Below are positions 27,990-35,684 of a stretch of 48,471 nucleotides of DNA, piece by piece. The translations under genes and the position numbers were made by a program. Position 1 is the first letter of the stretch. Every line of letters starts with the position of its first letter. The DNA comes from a virus. Below the pieces are notes generated by a model that did not search any database, was not told where the DNA came from, and saw only the letters and a program-made list of their open reading frames with translations. The stretch is taken from positions 1-48,471 of the IMG/VR virus record IMGVR_UViG_3300026302_000106; one strand, written 5' to 3'.

Positions 27990-28961
27990 TCAGGCCTTGC
28001 TGCCGCGGCCGGCCTTGTGCTGCACGTCGAGCTGCTTGGCGACGGGATCGTCCTGCAGCCAGTCGGGCAGGCCGGGGTCGGCCACGTCGGCCAGGCCGAA
28101 GTCTTGGCGCACCTGGTCCAGCTGGTGCTGGATCTCGGCCAGCAGCCCGGCCAGGAAGCGGTCGTGCAGGCCGCGCTCTTCGCCGTGGTTGCCGATCTCG
28201 GCGCACGCCTGGCGCAGGCCGCCGGCGATGCCGCCGCGCACGTCGTTCATCATCGCCACGGCGCGGCGCTGCATTTCAGCCAGCTGCTCGGCCGGCGTGG
28301 CCTTGTTGTAGCGGCGGCGCTCGGCTTCGAGCTTGTCGATGCGGGTCTGCTGCTTCTGGCGGGCGGTGTTGGCCACCTGCAGCTCGGCGTCCTTGTCCTG
28401 CAGCTGCTCTTCGACCTGTGCGACCTTGGCGGCGAGGTCTTCGATGACCGACATGACTTCGGCCTTGGCGGCGCCGTCGGCGATGGCGCGCTGGACCTTG
28501 GACACTTGGTCTGGCGGCAGCGCGCGCACGGCGCGCAGCGCAGCATGGTTCAGGCCGAGGCGGACAGCGATCTCGTAGGCCTGCTCGCCCAGCATCTGGA
28601 AGTTCTGGGTGTGCTCGGCCATCGTGCTGTACGAGCGGCCAAACACGATCTGGCAAAACTCGCTGAGCGTCTCCGACGGCCGGAGAGAGCCATCGGGCCG
28701 TGGCAGCGCTAAGTCCTTGTATTTCTTGGATTCGCGCAGTTGGGTGAAGAGTCGAATCTCCGACGCCTCGGAGAAATTGCGATGGACGCGCGACATCATG
28801 ATCCCGCCGACCTGCTGCCCGAGCTGGAAGATCGCCAGCTCGCGTTCGGCTCGTTCCGACGCCAGCGCTCCGCGCCCAGCCGCCAGCACGCTGGCGGCGG
28901 CGTCCGTGTTGATGCCCTCGGTTTCGGCCGGCACGATGGCTCGGCTGGGTGGTCTTCCCAA
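27990..28961 (-). CDS. DUF3102-like early phage protein
   Basis: TTG start with GGAG RBS; long coiled-coil protein directly upstream of the transposase, as in B3/BcepMu-like phages. Confidence 0.6.
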   Translation of the reverse strand: MGRPPSRAIVPAETEGINTDAAASVLAAGRGALASERAERELAIFQLGQQVGGIMMSRVHRNFSEASEIRLFTQLRESKKYKDLALPRPDGSLRPSETLSEFCQIVFGRSYSTMAEHTQNFQMLGEQAYEIAVRLGLNHAALRAVRALPPDQVSKVQRAIADGAAKAEVMSVIEDLAAKVAQVEEQLQDKDAELQVANTARQKQQTRIDKLEAERRRYNKATPAEQLAEMQRRAVAMMNDVRGGIAGGLRQACAEIGNHGEERGLHDRFLAGLLAEIQHQLDQVRQDFGLADVADPGLPDWLQDDPVAKQLDVQHKAGRGSKA

Positions 28962-28973
28962 GATGGCTCCTCG

Positions 28974-29327
28974 TCAGTTTTCGGGTGTGAAGCGCGGGCG
29001 CAGCGGTGCGCCGTCGCCGGCGGCCGTAGAGATGCGCGCGCGGGTGTCCTGCACGCGCCGTTCGGCGCGGTCGATCGCGGCCCACACGCGCACCGCTTGC
29101 TGCGGCAGGCGCGGCGTCAGCCGCCAGTGGCCGGTCTCTTCGTCGCGCTCGGCCAGGCCGGCCGTGCGCAGGTTGTCCAGGTCGCGGGTGATGACCTGCG
29201 GGCTGCAGGCCACGGCACGCGCCAGCGCGCTGGGCGCGTAGCCGTTGACCACGTCGCCGAACAGGGCCAGCACCACCTTCAGCAGGCGCTGCTGCGCGGC
29301 GTTGGTGTAGTCGGTGGCGCGGGTCAT
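28974..29327 (-). CDS. IclR-like HTH DNA-binding protein
   Basis: GYAPSALARAVACSPQVITRDLDNLRTAGLAE...WRLTP. Confidence 0.75.
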   Translation of the reverse strand: MTRATDYTNAAQQRLLKVVLALFGDVVNGYAPSALARAVACSPQVITRDLDNLRTAGLAERDEETGHWRLTPRLPQQAVRVWAAIDRAERRVQDTRARISTAAGDGAPLRPRFTPEN

Positions 29328-29689
29328 GCGGGCGCCTGCTCGCGGCCAAGGCCGTGCGGTCGGAAGCGCTTGGCCAGCGGGTCCCAGTTGGCGCAGCCGC
29401 ACATGCGGGCGTCGTGTGCCAGGTCGGTGAGCTGCGTCGACACCGCCGCGATCTGGCCCGTGATCTCGGCTTCCGCCACCGGGTCACCCAGGTGCAGCGC
29501 CAGCGTGGCCAGCTCGTGGAAGCCGCCGACCTGGTCGAACAGCGTGTCGATCATGGCGGCCCAGGGCCGGCCGCGTTCGCCCGCCTCGCGCAACGCGCTG
29601 GCGTGGTAGCGCTCCGCCTGGTCGACGATCGACGACAGGCGTTGCCGCGCGAAGGCGAACACCGTTGTGCCGTTGGTGGCGCGGCTCAT
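29324..29689 (-). CDS. Hypothetical early protein
   Basis: ATGA-coupled on both sides within the early operon. Confidence 0.55.
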   Translation of the reverse strand: MSRATNGTTVFAFARQRLSSIVDQAERYHASALREAGERGRPWAAMIDTLFDQVGGFHELATLALHLGDPVAEAEITGQIAAVSTQLTDLAHDARMCGCANWDPLAKRFRPHGLGREQAPA

Positions 29690-29886
29690 GCGATTTCTCC
29701 TTCCTTGATGCCCAGCAGCACGGCCACCGTGTGGCCCTGGCCGCGCAGGCCTTTGCAACGGCCGTCCAGCACGCGCCGGGTCGCTGCGACCGAAACCTGG
29801 TGCTGCCGCGCCCAGGCGGCGACGGCCACGCCGCGTCGCGCCAGCAGTTCCTTCGCTTGTTTGGGGGAGAGCAACTTTTCCTTCAC
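29686..29886 (-). CDS. BcepMu gp16-family DNA-binding protein (Ner/Cro role)
   Basis: GTG start with AGAGGA RBS; VAAWARQH...GLRGQGHTVAVLLGIKEG signature; first early gene. Confidence 0.8.
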   Translation of the reverse strand: MKEKLLSPKQAKELLARRGVAVAAWARQHQVSVAATRRVLDGRCKGLRGQGHTVAVLLGIKEGEIA

Positions 29887-29930
29887 CTCGTATCCTCTCG
29901 AAGCAGTCACCATTGGTGACGTTGAGTCAG

Positions 29931-29959
29931 ATCATAGGTGGAGTATTTCCACCTGTAAA
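29931..29959 (-). promoter_or_regulatory. Early lytic promoter with repressor operator
   Basis: Minus strand TTTACA-17 nt-TATGAT; spacer covered by the inverted repeat AGGTGGA-GTATT-TCCACCT (29936-29954). Confidence 0.75.
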
Positions 29960-29968
29960 GGTGCCTCT

Positions 29969-30403
29969 GTGATTTCTTCACTTTTGCGTTCCGTGATGGA
30001 GACGTGCGGCCTCAAGCAGGCCGACATGGCGCAGTTGCTTGATGTCAACCTCGATCGCGTCAAGAGCCTCACCGCAGGTCGCGTCAAGAAGCTCGCGCCG
30101 GAAGAGATGGAGGCGCTGGTCACCAAGCTGCGCATCAGCCCGGACTGGATCGTCAGCGGCGGCCAAGGGGAGATGTTCATGCCGCAGCTCGAGCACGCGC
30201 GATGGCTTGCCGCGCACGCCACCCAGAAGGCGCAGCGTGCCGAGATTTGGCGTGTGCAAGAAAGGGCCTTGGCCTGGCCGGAACCTGGGCCACCGCGCAA
30301 CCGGGCCGAGGCCGAGCTGCTGGCCCACTGGCGGGCCTGCACGAAGCGGGACCGCGAGACGATCAGCGACCTAGCCGCCCGGCTGGCGCCGCCGACGGCA
30401 TGA
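29969..30403 (+). CDS. Phage repressor (XRE HTH)
   Basis: LKQADMAQLLDVNLDRVKSL...ISPDWIVSG; divergent from the early operon; start GTG 29969 or ATG 29996. Confidence 0.8.
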   Translation: MISSLLRSVMETCGLKQADMAQLLDVNLDRVKSLTAGRVKKLAPEEMEALVTKLRISPDWIVSGGQGEMFMPQLEHARWLAAHATQKAQRAEIWRVQERALAWPEPGPPRNRAEAELLAHWRACTKRDRETISDLAARLAPPTA

Positions 30404-30467
30404 CCTGCACGATGCAAGTGCGGCTACACCCACACCTGCCCCATCCACCATGTTCTGGAGACCCACG

Positions 30468-30803
30468 ATGAACCAACCCACACGCCGGACCTTCATCAGC
30501 GTCGCGGCGATCACGATCGCGCTGGCGGGGTGCGCCACCACTGGGAACGACACCTGGTCTGCGGCCCTGCCACGCCTGCAGCCTGGCCAAAGCACGGCGG
30601 CCGAAGTGGCCTCCATGCTCGGCGGGCCGCCACGCAACATCATGACGACGGCCAAGGGCAACCAGCTCCACCAGTGGCTTGACGCTGGCCGATCACTGAG
30701 CATGGTCTTCGACAAGCAAGGGCGCCTGCTGAGCGTGGTGCAGACCCTCAACGTGCCGATCAGCGAAGCCGACCGCAAGCGGCTGTTCCTGCCGCCGGCT
30801 TGA
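30468..30803 (+). CDS. Lipoprotein, BamE/SmpA-OmlA-like fold (candidate superinfection exclusion)
   Basis: Lipobox LAGC; GQSTAAEVASMLGGP and VFDKQGRL resemble SmpA_OmlA motifs; follows the repressor. Confidence 0.6.
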   Translation: MNQPTRRTFISVAAITIALAGCATTGNDTWSAALPRLQPGQSTAAEVASMLGGPPRNIMTTAKGNQLHQWLDAGRSLSMVFDKQGRLLSVVQTLNVPISEADRKRLFLPPA

Positions 30804-30857
30804 GCCAAGCGCTCGAACTACCGTCTCGTCACGCTTCTGGGCTTCGTCGCCGCGCCC

Positions 30858-30885
30858 TTGACACACACGCTAAAGCGTGTATGCT
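30858..30885 (+). promoter_or_regulatory. Strong sigma70 promoter of the acr operon with palindromic operator
   Basis: TTGACA-16 nt-TATGCT; palindrome ACACGCT-AA-AGCGTGT at 30865-30880. Confidence 0.8.
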
Positions 30886-30951
30886 ACGGCTCATGCGCTG
30901 AAAAGTTGGCGCAACGCCCCGGCGGCTTCCGGAATTCGAATAGAGAACGCG

Positions 30952-31311
30952 ATGAGCGACTACAGCAAGATTTGGCACCGCGACTACGCTGCTGAAACGA
31001 TCAAGCGCTACGAGTCGGATCGCTGGCTCTCCGAGAAAGCCGATTTCAACTTTGCGACGTACCTGATGACCTGCGCGCAGGGTGTCGAGCTTGCCGCGAG
31101 CGTTGGCCGCGAGATCGGCAACGACAAGATCGTCTCGATCGCTCAGACCGTGCTCGACACGATCAACGGCAGCAACAAGTATCGCAAGATCACCCCCGCT
31201 CAGCAGAAGGCGCTGGCCGTCGCGCTGGTGGAGAAGTTCGGAACTGCCCGTCAGATTGCGGCTGAGATCTGGGGCCTGACGCCTGCTGAGATCGACGCGG
31301 CGGACGCATGA
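30952..31311 (+). CDS. acrIF12: Anti-CRISPR AcrIF12 homolog
   Basis: 119 aa; WHRDYAAE, CAQ, VG.E.GN.KI..IA.TVL.TI, IT.AQ...LAV.L.E.FG.AR and W.LT..EID match Pseudomonas AcrIF12 as recalled; first gene of an aca4-terminated operon. Confidence 0.8.
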   Translation: MSDYSKIWHRDYAAETIKRYESDRWLSEKADFNFATYLMTCAQGVELAASVGREIGNDKIVSIAQTVLDTINGSNKYRKITPAQQKALAVALVEKFGTARQIAAEIWGLTPAEIDAADA

Positions 31312-31886
31312 CCGAGCTCGACTTCAGCGGCCTGACCGACGACCAAGTCGTCGACCTGGCTCGCGCCGCGGCGCGGGAAGCGGTCATGCGCAACCCGGCT
31401 GCCCGCGCCGCGCTGGCCAGCGCAGTGGCATCCGACGCGGAGCAGCTCGCGGCCCAGGCCGCCGGCGGCGCCGCGGCAAAGCAGCGCGTGCTGGACAGCA
31501 TTCGCGCGCGCGCCGAGCGGGAAGGGATCGAGCGTCACGCCGCTCGCGAGCAGCAGCGCTGGCAAGAAAGCTTGCGCGGTCATCTGATCAGCGCCGCGGC
31601 TATCGTCGGCCGCGGGCCGCACGAATTGACGATCTCAGACTACGACGACGGCTCGGGCCAACGTGTTCGGATCGTGCTCGGGGCAAACCCAGCCGGGCCG
31701 GGCTGGTGCTTCGTGCAGTATGACTTGCGCAGAGACCGCATCACGATGTCGCCGGCGCTCAAGCCGAAGGAACTCGAAGCGCGCGCCTGGGCTTTGGCGT
31801 TTCATGCCGCGACGCGCGACCCCAATGGCGTGCATCGTCGAACGATTTTGAGGGGAGCAGAACTGTGTCCGCAAAACGCGACTTGA
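31308..31886 (+). CDS. Hypothetical protein, candidate anti-defence factor
   Basis: 192 aa, ATGA-coupled to acrIF12; helical N half, alpha/beta C half; no family recognised. Confidence 0.7.
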   Translation: MTELDFSGLTDDQVVDLARAAAREAVMRNPAARAALASAVASDAEQLAAQAAGGAAAKQRVLDSIRARAEREGIERHAAREQQRWQESLRGHLISAAAIVGRGPHELTISDYDDGSGQRVRIVLGANPAGPGWCFVQYDLRRDRITMSPALKPKELEARAWALAFHAATRDPNGVHRRTILRGAELCPQNAT

Positions 31887-32452
31887 CAAACCCGCTGCAA
31901 GGGGTCCTGCGGGCGGCTGCTCGCACGCTGCCGGCAACGACTGGCCGCGTCGCGGCGCAGCAGCAGCGCATCGACCGCCGGCGCGGCGCAGCTGTGATTC
32001 TGGCCGACATTTCGGCAAGCATGGCAGGCGCGGCGTGGGGCGGTCAGCGCAAGATCGACGTGCTGCGCGAGGCCGTCTCTGGCGCGCAGCAGCAGCGCAC
32101 GGCGCGACTGGTGGTCTTCAGCTCGGCGCCGCGCGATGCATCGGCAGTGCCGGAACCGGAGAGCAATACCGACCTGGCCGCAGCATTGACGTTCGCCTCG
32201 GCCGCGGACCCGGGCGTAACGCTCGTGATCAGCGACGGTCATCCGGACAACCCGGCCGCGGCGCTCGCTGTTGCGCAGACATTTCGGGGCGCGATCGATG
32301 TGCTGTACGTCGGCCCCGAGTCCGACCACGCGGCCATCGACTTCATGCGCAAGCTCGCCGCAGCCGCCGGCGGCGATACGCTGCGACACGACATCGGCGC
32401 GCTCGGCAATGCGCGGTTGCTGCAGACGAAGATTGCGGGGCTCCTCACATGA
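31865..32452 (+). CDS. VWA domain protein, candidate anti-defence factor
   Basis: Complete MIDAS: DISAS, NTDL, ISDG; GTG start with AGGGGAG RBS. Confidence 0.8.
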   Translation: MSAKRDLTNPLQGVLRAAARTLPATTGRVAAQQQRIDRRRGAAVILADISASMAGAAWGGQRKIDVLREAVSGAQQQRTARLVVFSSAPRDASAVPEPESNTDLAAALTFASAADPGVTLVISDGHPDNPAAALAVAQTFRGAIDVLYVGPESDHAAIDFMRKLAAAAGGDTLRHDIGALGNARLLQTKIAGLLT

Positions 32453-33012
32453 CAGTCGTTAGCCAGTTTTTGATCGAGCACGATCCCGTCGACGTGCTCG
32501 ACGCCTGCGGCTACTGGGCTCCGGTCGAACTGTCGGCCGACGGCATCCGGCAGATTCACGCTGCCGCGCTGGCCGCGGCGGCCGAACAGCCATCTATTCG
32601 TGCCGGCGTGCAGCATGTATCCGACGCGCTGCGTCAGGCGCGACTGACGCCGCTGGGCAAGGACCATGCCGCGGCGATTCGCAGCGCCATCGTCTGGGCC
32701 AAAGCGCTGGCGCTGCACTCAGATCGGGCCCAGGCATCGGCTTGGTTTGATGGGCACGAGCACTTTTGCGACGGAGCGGGTCACGACCTGGGGCCGTACT
32801 GGGTGGCCGAGGAACAATTTGCGGCGTGGGAGGCTGGCCGCGACGCGAGCCCCGACTATCCGCTGCACAAAGCAGCGCAGTCCGAGGCGACCGAGTATCT
32901 GGCCAGCCGGTTCAACGGTTTGCGCGAGTTGACTACCAAAAAGGCTAACGCCTGCTGGGTGCGCGGATACCGCCGCGCGCTTGACCGGCTGTACGCACGG
33001 AGCTCGTCATGA
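32449..33012 (+). CDS. Hypothetical protein with RMF/CrpP-like motif, candidate anti-defence factor
   Basis: 187 aa, ATGA-coupled on both sides; G-x6-G-x6-PY-x9-W-x2-G pattern. Confidence 0.65.
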   Translation: MTVVSQFLIEHDPVDVLDACGYWAPVELSADGIRQIHAAALAAAAEQPSIRAGVQHVSDALRQARLTPLGKDHAAAIRSAIVWAKALALHSDRAQASAWFDGHEHFCDGAGHDLGPYWVAEEQFAAWEAGRDASPDYPLHKAAQSEATEYLASRFNGLRELTTKKANACWVRGYRRALDRLYARSSS

Positions 33013-33233
33013 CAGCGGCTCAGTTCGAGGCCTTGGCCGACCTGCTGCGCCTGCGCGCCGGGCCGGCGCAGGTGGCCGCACATCTGGTGCTCGTCGGCGG
33101 GCTGACTGTCGCAGAGGCCTCGCGGCAGGCTGGCCTGTCCGCCCAGGCCGCGAGCAATGCCGTGCAGCGCGCACGCGCCGGCCTGCGGCTGGTGCGCATC
33201 GCGGCGGGCCAGGAAGCGCCCGCCGAGGCCTGA
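33009..33233 (+). CDS. aca4: Anti-CRISPR-associated repressor Aca4 (KorA/TrfB family HTH)
   Basis: MT..QF.ALA.L.RLR.GP...AA.LVLV.GL...R..G...QA matches Aca4 as recalled and the KorA HTH pattern; last gene of the operon. Confidence 0.8.
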   Translation: MTAAQFEALADLLRLRAGPAQVAAHLVLVGGLTVAEASRQAGLSAQAASNAVQRARAGLRLVRIAAGQEAPAEA

Positions 33234-33302
33234 ATCCGCCCGCTGGCGCTGCGATCGGCGCGCGGGTGATGGCGAGGTGGCTTGACGCAGAGCGGGGCCT
33301 GT

Positions 33303-33527
33303 CTACTGCCCGCTTGATTCCGTCACGGAATCAACCGCCGCCTTGCGCGCCACCATGTACGCCGCCCAGCGCTCGGCTTCGGTGGCGGGCGTGGACGCCA
33401 GGTAGGCGCGCCAGCGGCGCCACACCACTTGCTGCACGGCGCGCGGCACCTGGCGCCAGTGCGGCCAGCACATCAGCCGCGTGGAGTCGACGACGCGGGC
33501 GCATCCTGGTGCGGCGCAGCTGGGCAT
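33303..33527 (-). CDS. Small Cys/His protein
   Basis: CAAPGC...MCWPHW; TGATG-coupled to the upstream gene. Confidence 0.55.
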   Translation of the reverse strand: MPSCAAPGCARVVDSTRLMCWPHWRQVPRAVQQVVWRRWRAYLASTPATEAERWAAYMVARKAAVDSVTESSGQ

Positions 33528-33859
33528 CACACGGCGCCGAAGGTAGAGTCGGCAATCTGCCGGCGAATCTGCTCTTCGCGCGCGCGGGCCGTCAGGCGGA
33601 TCTCCTGCATTTCGCTGCGCTCGCGGTCGATCACGGCCAGCAGCTCGGCGCGCTGCGCGCGGTAGCGCGCTTGCGTGCGCTGCCAGGCGGCCTTGTTGAT
33701 CTCGTCCTGCGCCACCAGGCGGTTGATCTCGCGCGTCATCACGCGCACCTGGCGCTGCGTGATCGTGTCCAGCCAGATCCACACGGCGCCGAACGTCCCG
33801 GCGCAGATGCCGACGGTGACGCCGGCGGCCAGCAGCACGGACAGCGGCAGCATGTGCAT
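33527..33859 (-). CDS. Membrane-anchored coiled-coil protein (possible lysis accessory / i-spanin-like)
   Basis: N-terminal TM helix followed by a helical region; directly after the endolysin. Confidence 0.45.
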   Translation of the reverse strand: MHMLPLSVLLAAGVTVGICAGTFGAVWIWLDTITQRQVRVMTREINRLVAQDEINKAAWQRTQARYRAQRAELLAVIDRERSEMQEIRLTARAREEQIRRQIADSTFGAV

Positions 33860-33867
33860 CGCCGTCG

Positions 33868-34416
33868 TCAACCGACGTTCTCCGCGCGCAGGCCGAGATC
33901 GAGCATGCGGTGCACGCGCGCGGCGCACTCGGCCTTGGTGATGACGCCGTCGCGGTTGTAGTCGAGGCCGGCGTTCTGGATGTACAGCTTGGGCCGGCGC
34001 GGGTCTTCGCGGCGGAAGAGCACCGCGTCGTCGGCGCGGCCGATCGCGGCCGGCCACAGGATGGCCATGTACACGTCGGCCAGGTCGTGCAGGCGCTTGG
34101 CCCACGGCCGCAGGTACTGCTCGACGTAGACGAGCTGCTGCTCGGCCGTCAGCGCCTCCAGCCGCGCGGTGCTGGTGCCCAGCGCCGCCGCCGTGGCGGG
34201 CATGAACTGGATGAGGCCGACCGCTCCGCTGCCGGCAGCATTGCGGATGTCGGGCCGGAAGGTGGCGCCGGTCTCGAAGGCGATGCAGGCCATCAGCCAG
34301 TCGGGCTGCACTTGCAGGCGCCGCGCCATCGAGCGCACCGCCGCGCGAAAGGTGGCGCTGACGCGCCCGCCCCAAGCCAGCGGCGCCGGCGGATCAGTGT
34401 GCGTGGGTGGTGTCAT
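33868..34416 (-). CDS. Endolysin, SLT lytic transglycosylase with EF-hand-like motif
   Basis: CIAFETG catalytic Glu, GAVGLIQFMPATA, DYNRDGVITKAE. Confidence 0.88.
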   Translation of the reverse strand: MTPPTHTDPPAPLAWGGRVSATFRAAVRSMARRLQVQPDWLMACIAFETGATFRPDIRNAAGSGAVGLIQFMPATAAALGTSTARLEALTAEQQLVYVEQYLRPWAKRLHDLADVYMAILWPAAIGRADDAVLFRREDPRRPKLYIQNAGLDYNRDGVITKAECAARVHRMLDLGLRAENVG

Positions 34417-34445
34417 GCCAGGTGACCATGCTTCGCATGGTCACC

Positions 34446-34519
34446 AGTCTGCTGCGCCTGGGCGCAAGCAGACAAGCCAAACGCTTGGCTCGCGCGCAAT
34501 GGCCCAGCCCTTCGATGAT
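34446..34519. promoter_or_regulatory. Putative bidirectional late promoter
   Basis: Dyad GCCAAACGCTTGGC (34476-34489) with -10-like hexamers exactly 24 nt away on both sides (CAGACT leftward, GATGAT rightward). Confidence 0.6.
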
Positions 34520-34568
34520 GGCATTGCCCTGCCCGGTGGTCTACCGGGCGCCACTGACCAGCACACGC

Positions 34569-34871
34569 ATGGACGTCGCCAAGTTTCTGCAACTCGAAAC
34601 GCATCGAAGCCTTGCGCACGCGGTCGCAACCTTGACGGACCTTCTGATGACCACCAAGACCCAACTGGCCGCTGACCTGGCCGGCGTCGCCGAACAGGTG
34701 ACCAAGATCGGCGCGGAGACGCGCACGCTGCTGAGCAAGATCGACGCGCTCGCCACGCAGCTGGCCACCGCCGACCAGATCGGCGATGAGGCCGAGGCCG
34801 CGCTGGCCGCGCTGAAGGACCAGGCCCGCGTCGTCGACGAGCTGGTGCCCGACGAGCCCGCCCAGGGCTGA
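34569..34871 (+). CDS. Hypothetical coiled-coil protein
   Basis: First ORF after the rightward late promoter; start uncertain (34569 or 34647). Confidence 0.5.
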   Translation: MDVAKFLQLETHRSLAHAVATLTDLLMTTKTQLAADLAGVAEQVTKIGAETRTLLSKIDALATQLATADQIGDEAEAALAALKDQARVVDELVPDEPAQG

Positions 34872-34904
34872 CCGGCCGCGGCAGCAGCAGCGGCGGCGAC
34901 CGAC

Positions 34905-35177
34905 ATGAACACCACGCATCGCCGCCTGCTGCGCGCAGCGGCCCTGGCCTGCACCCTGCCGCTGGCGGGGTGCATCACGATGCCCGAGACCGGCGGCTGG
35001 CTCACCAACTCGGTGGTCACCACGGTGGACGGCAAGGCGTGCATGAGCGCGAGCCGATGGGGACCGGTGACCATCACCGGCGACATCAACGCGTCGGAGT
35101 GCAAGGCCATCCTCGAAGGCCAGGCGCTGCGCGCCGCGGCCAAGGCGAAGCCGGCAACGGGCTCGGCAACGAACTGA
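34905..35177 (+). CDS. Small lipoprotein (possible spanin component)
   Basis: Signal peptide with LAGC lipobox and two further cysteines. Confidence 0.55.
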   Translation: MNTTHRRLLRAAALACTLPLAGCITMPETGGWLTNSVVTTVDGKACMSASRWGPVTITGDINASECKAILEGQALRAAAKAKPATGSATN

Positions 35178-35192
35178 ACTTTCGGAGCAGCC

Positions 35193-35684
35193 ATGGCAGC
35201 GACGGTACAAATCGTGGAGAAGAACGGCGCCGGCGGCACGGCGACGGACAAGACCGGCGGGACGGTTCGCTTCAAGAACGCGGACAACTCGACGGTGGAC
35301 CTGGCTAACCCGATGGTCAAGCCCACCAGCGGCAGCGACTGGTCGTTCCAGAAGTGGCTGCGGCTGTACATCGCCGGCGGCACGTTCACGCAGATCAGCA
35401 ACGTGCGCGCCTACACGGACGGCAGCTCGGGCATGGGCGCCGGCATCAACCTGTGGGGCAAGGCGGTTGCGGCGTACGCCACGCCGATCGAGGAGACCGC
35501 TTCCGCCGGCTATGCCAACCTGTTCACCTACACCAGCGCGGCGCCGCTGTCGCTCGGCGCCGGCCCGTTCACCGGCACCGGCGAGAAGGGCGACCACCTG
35601 GTGATGGCCTGCGAGGTCACCGCCGCGGCCAGCGGCGGGCTCACGCCGAGCGAGACGCTGACGATCGCCTGGGACGAGATCTGA
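35193..35684 (+). CDS. Putative virion structural protein (beta-rich)
   Basis: 163 aa, Gly/Thr/Ala-rich, GGAG RBS, ends AWDEI; first gene of a coupled module. Confidence 0.6.
   Translation: MAATVQIVEKNGAGGTATDKTGGTVRFKNADNSTVDLANPMVKPTSGSDWSFQKWLRLYIAGGTFTQISNVRAYTDGSSGMGAGINLWGKAVAAYATPIEETASAGYANLFTYTSAAPLSLGAGPFTGTGEKGDHLVMACEVTAAASGGLTPSETLTIAWDEI

Noticed and set aside
30802..30817. Third late-promoter dyad (GAGCCAAGCGCTCGAA)
   Set aside because: Right arm is broken and there is no -10-like hexamer at the 24-nt spacing on either side.
33233..33244. AATCCGCCCGCT also present at the left end (3739-3750)
   Set aside because: Only 12 bp, lacks the CGCGAT core of the end motif; plausible by chance in GC-rich DNA.
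30886..33302. CRISPR array or solitary repeat (RNA anti-CRISPR) around the acr operon
   Set aside because: No match by eye to type I-C, I-E or I-F repeat consensus, and no repeat-spacer periodicity noticed anywhere in the window.
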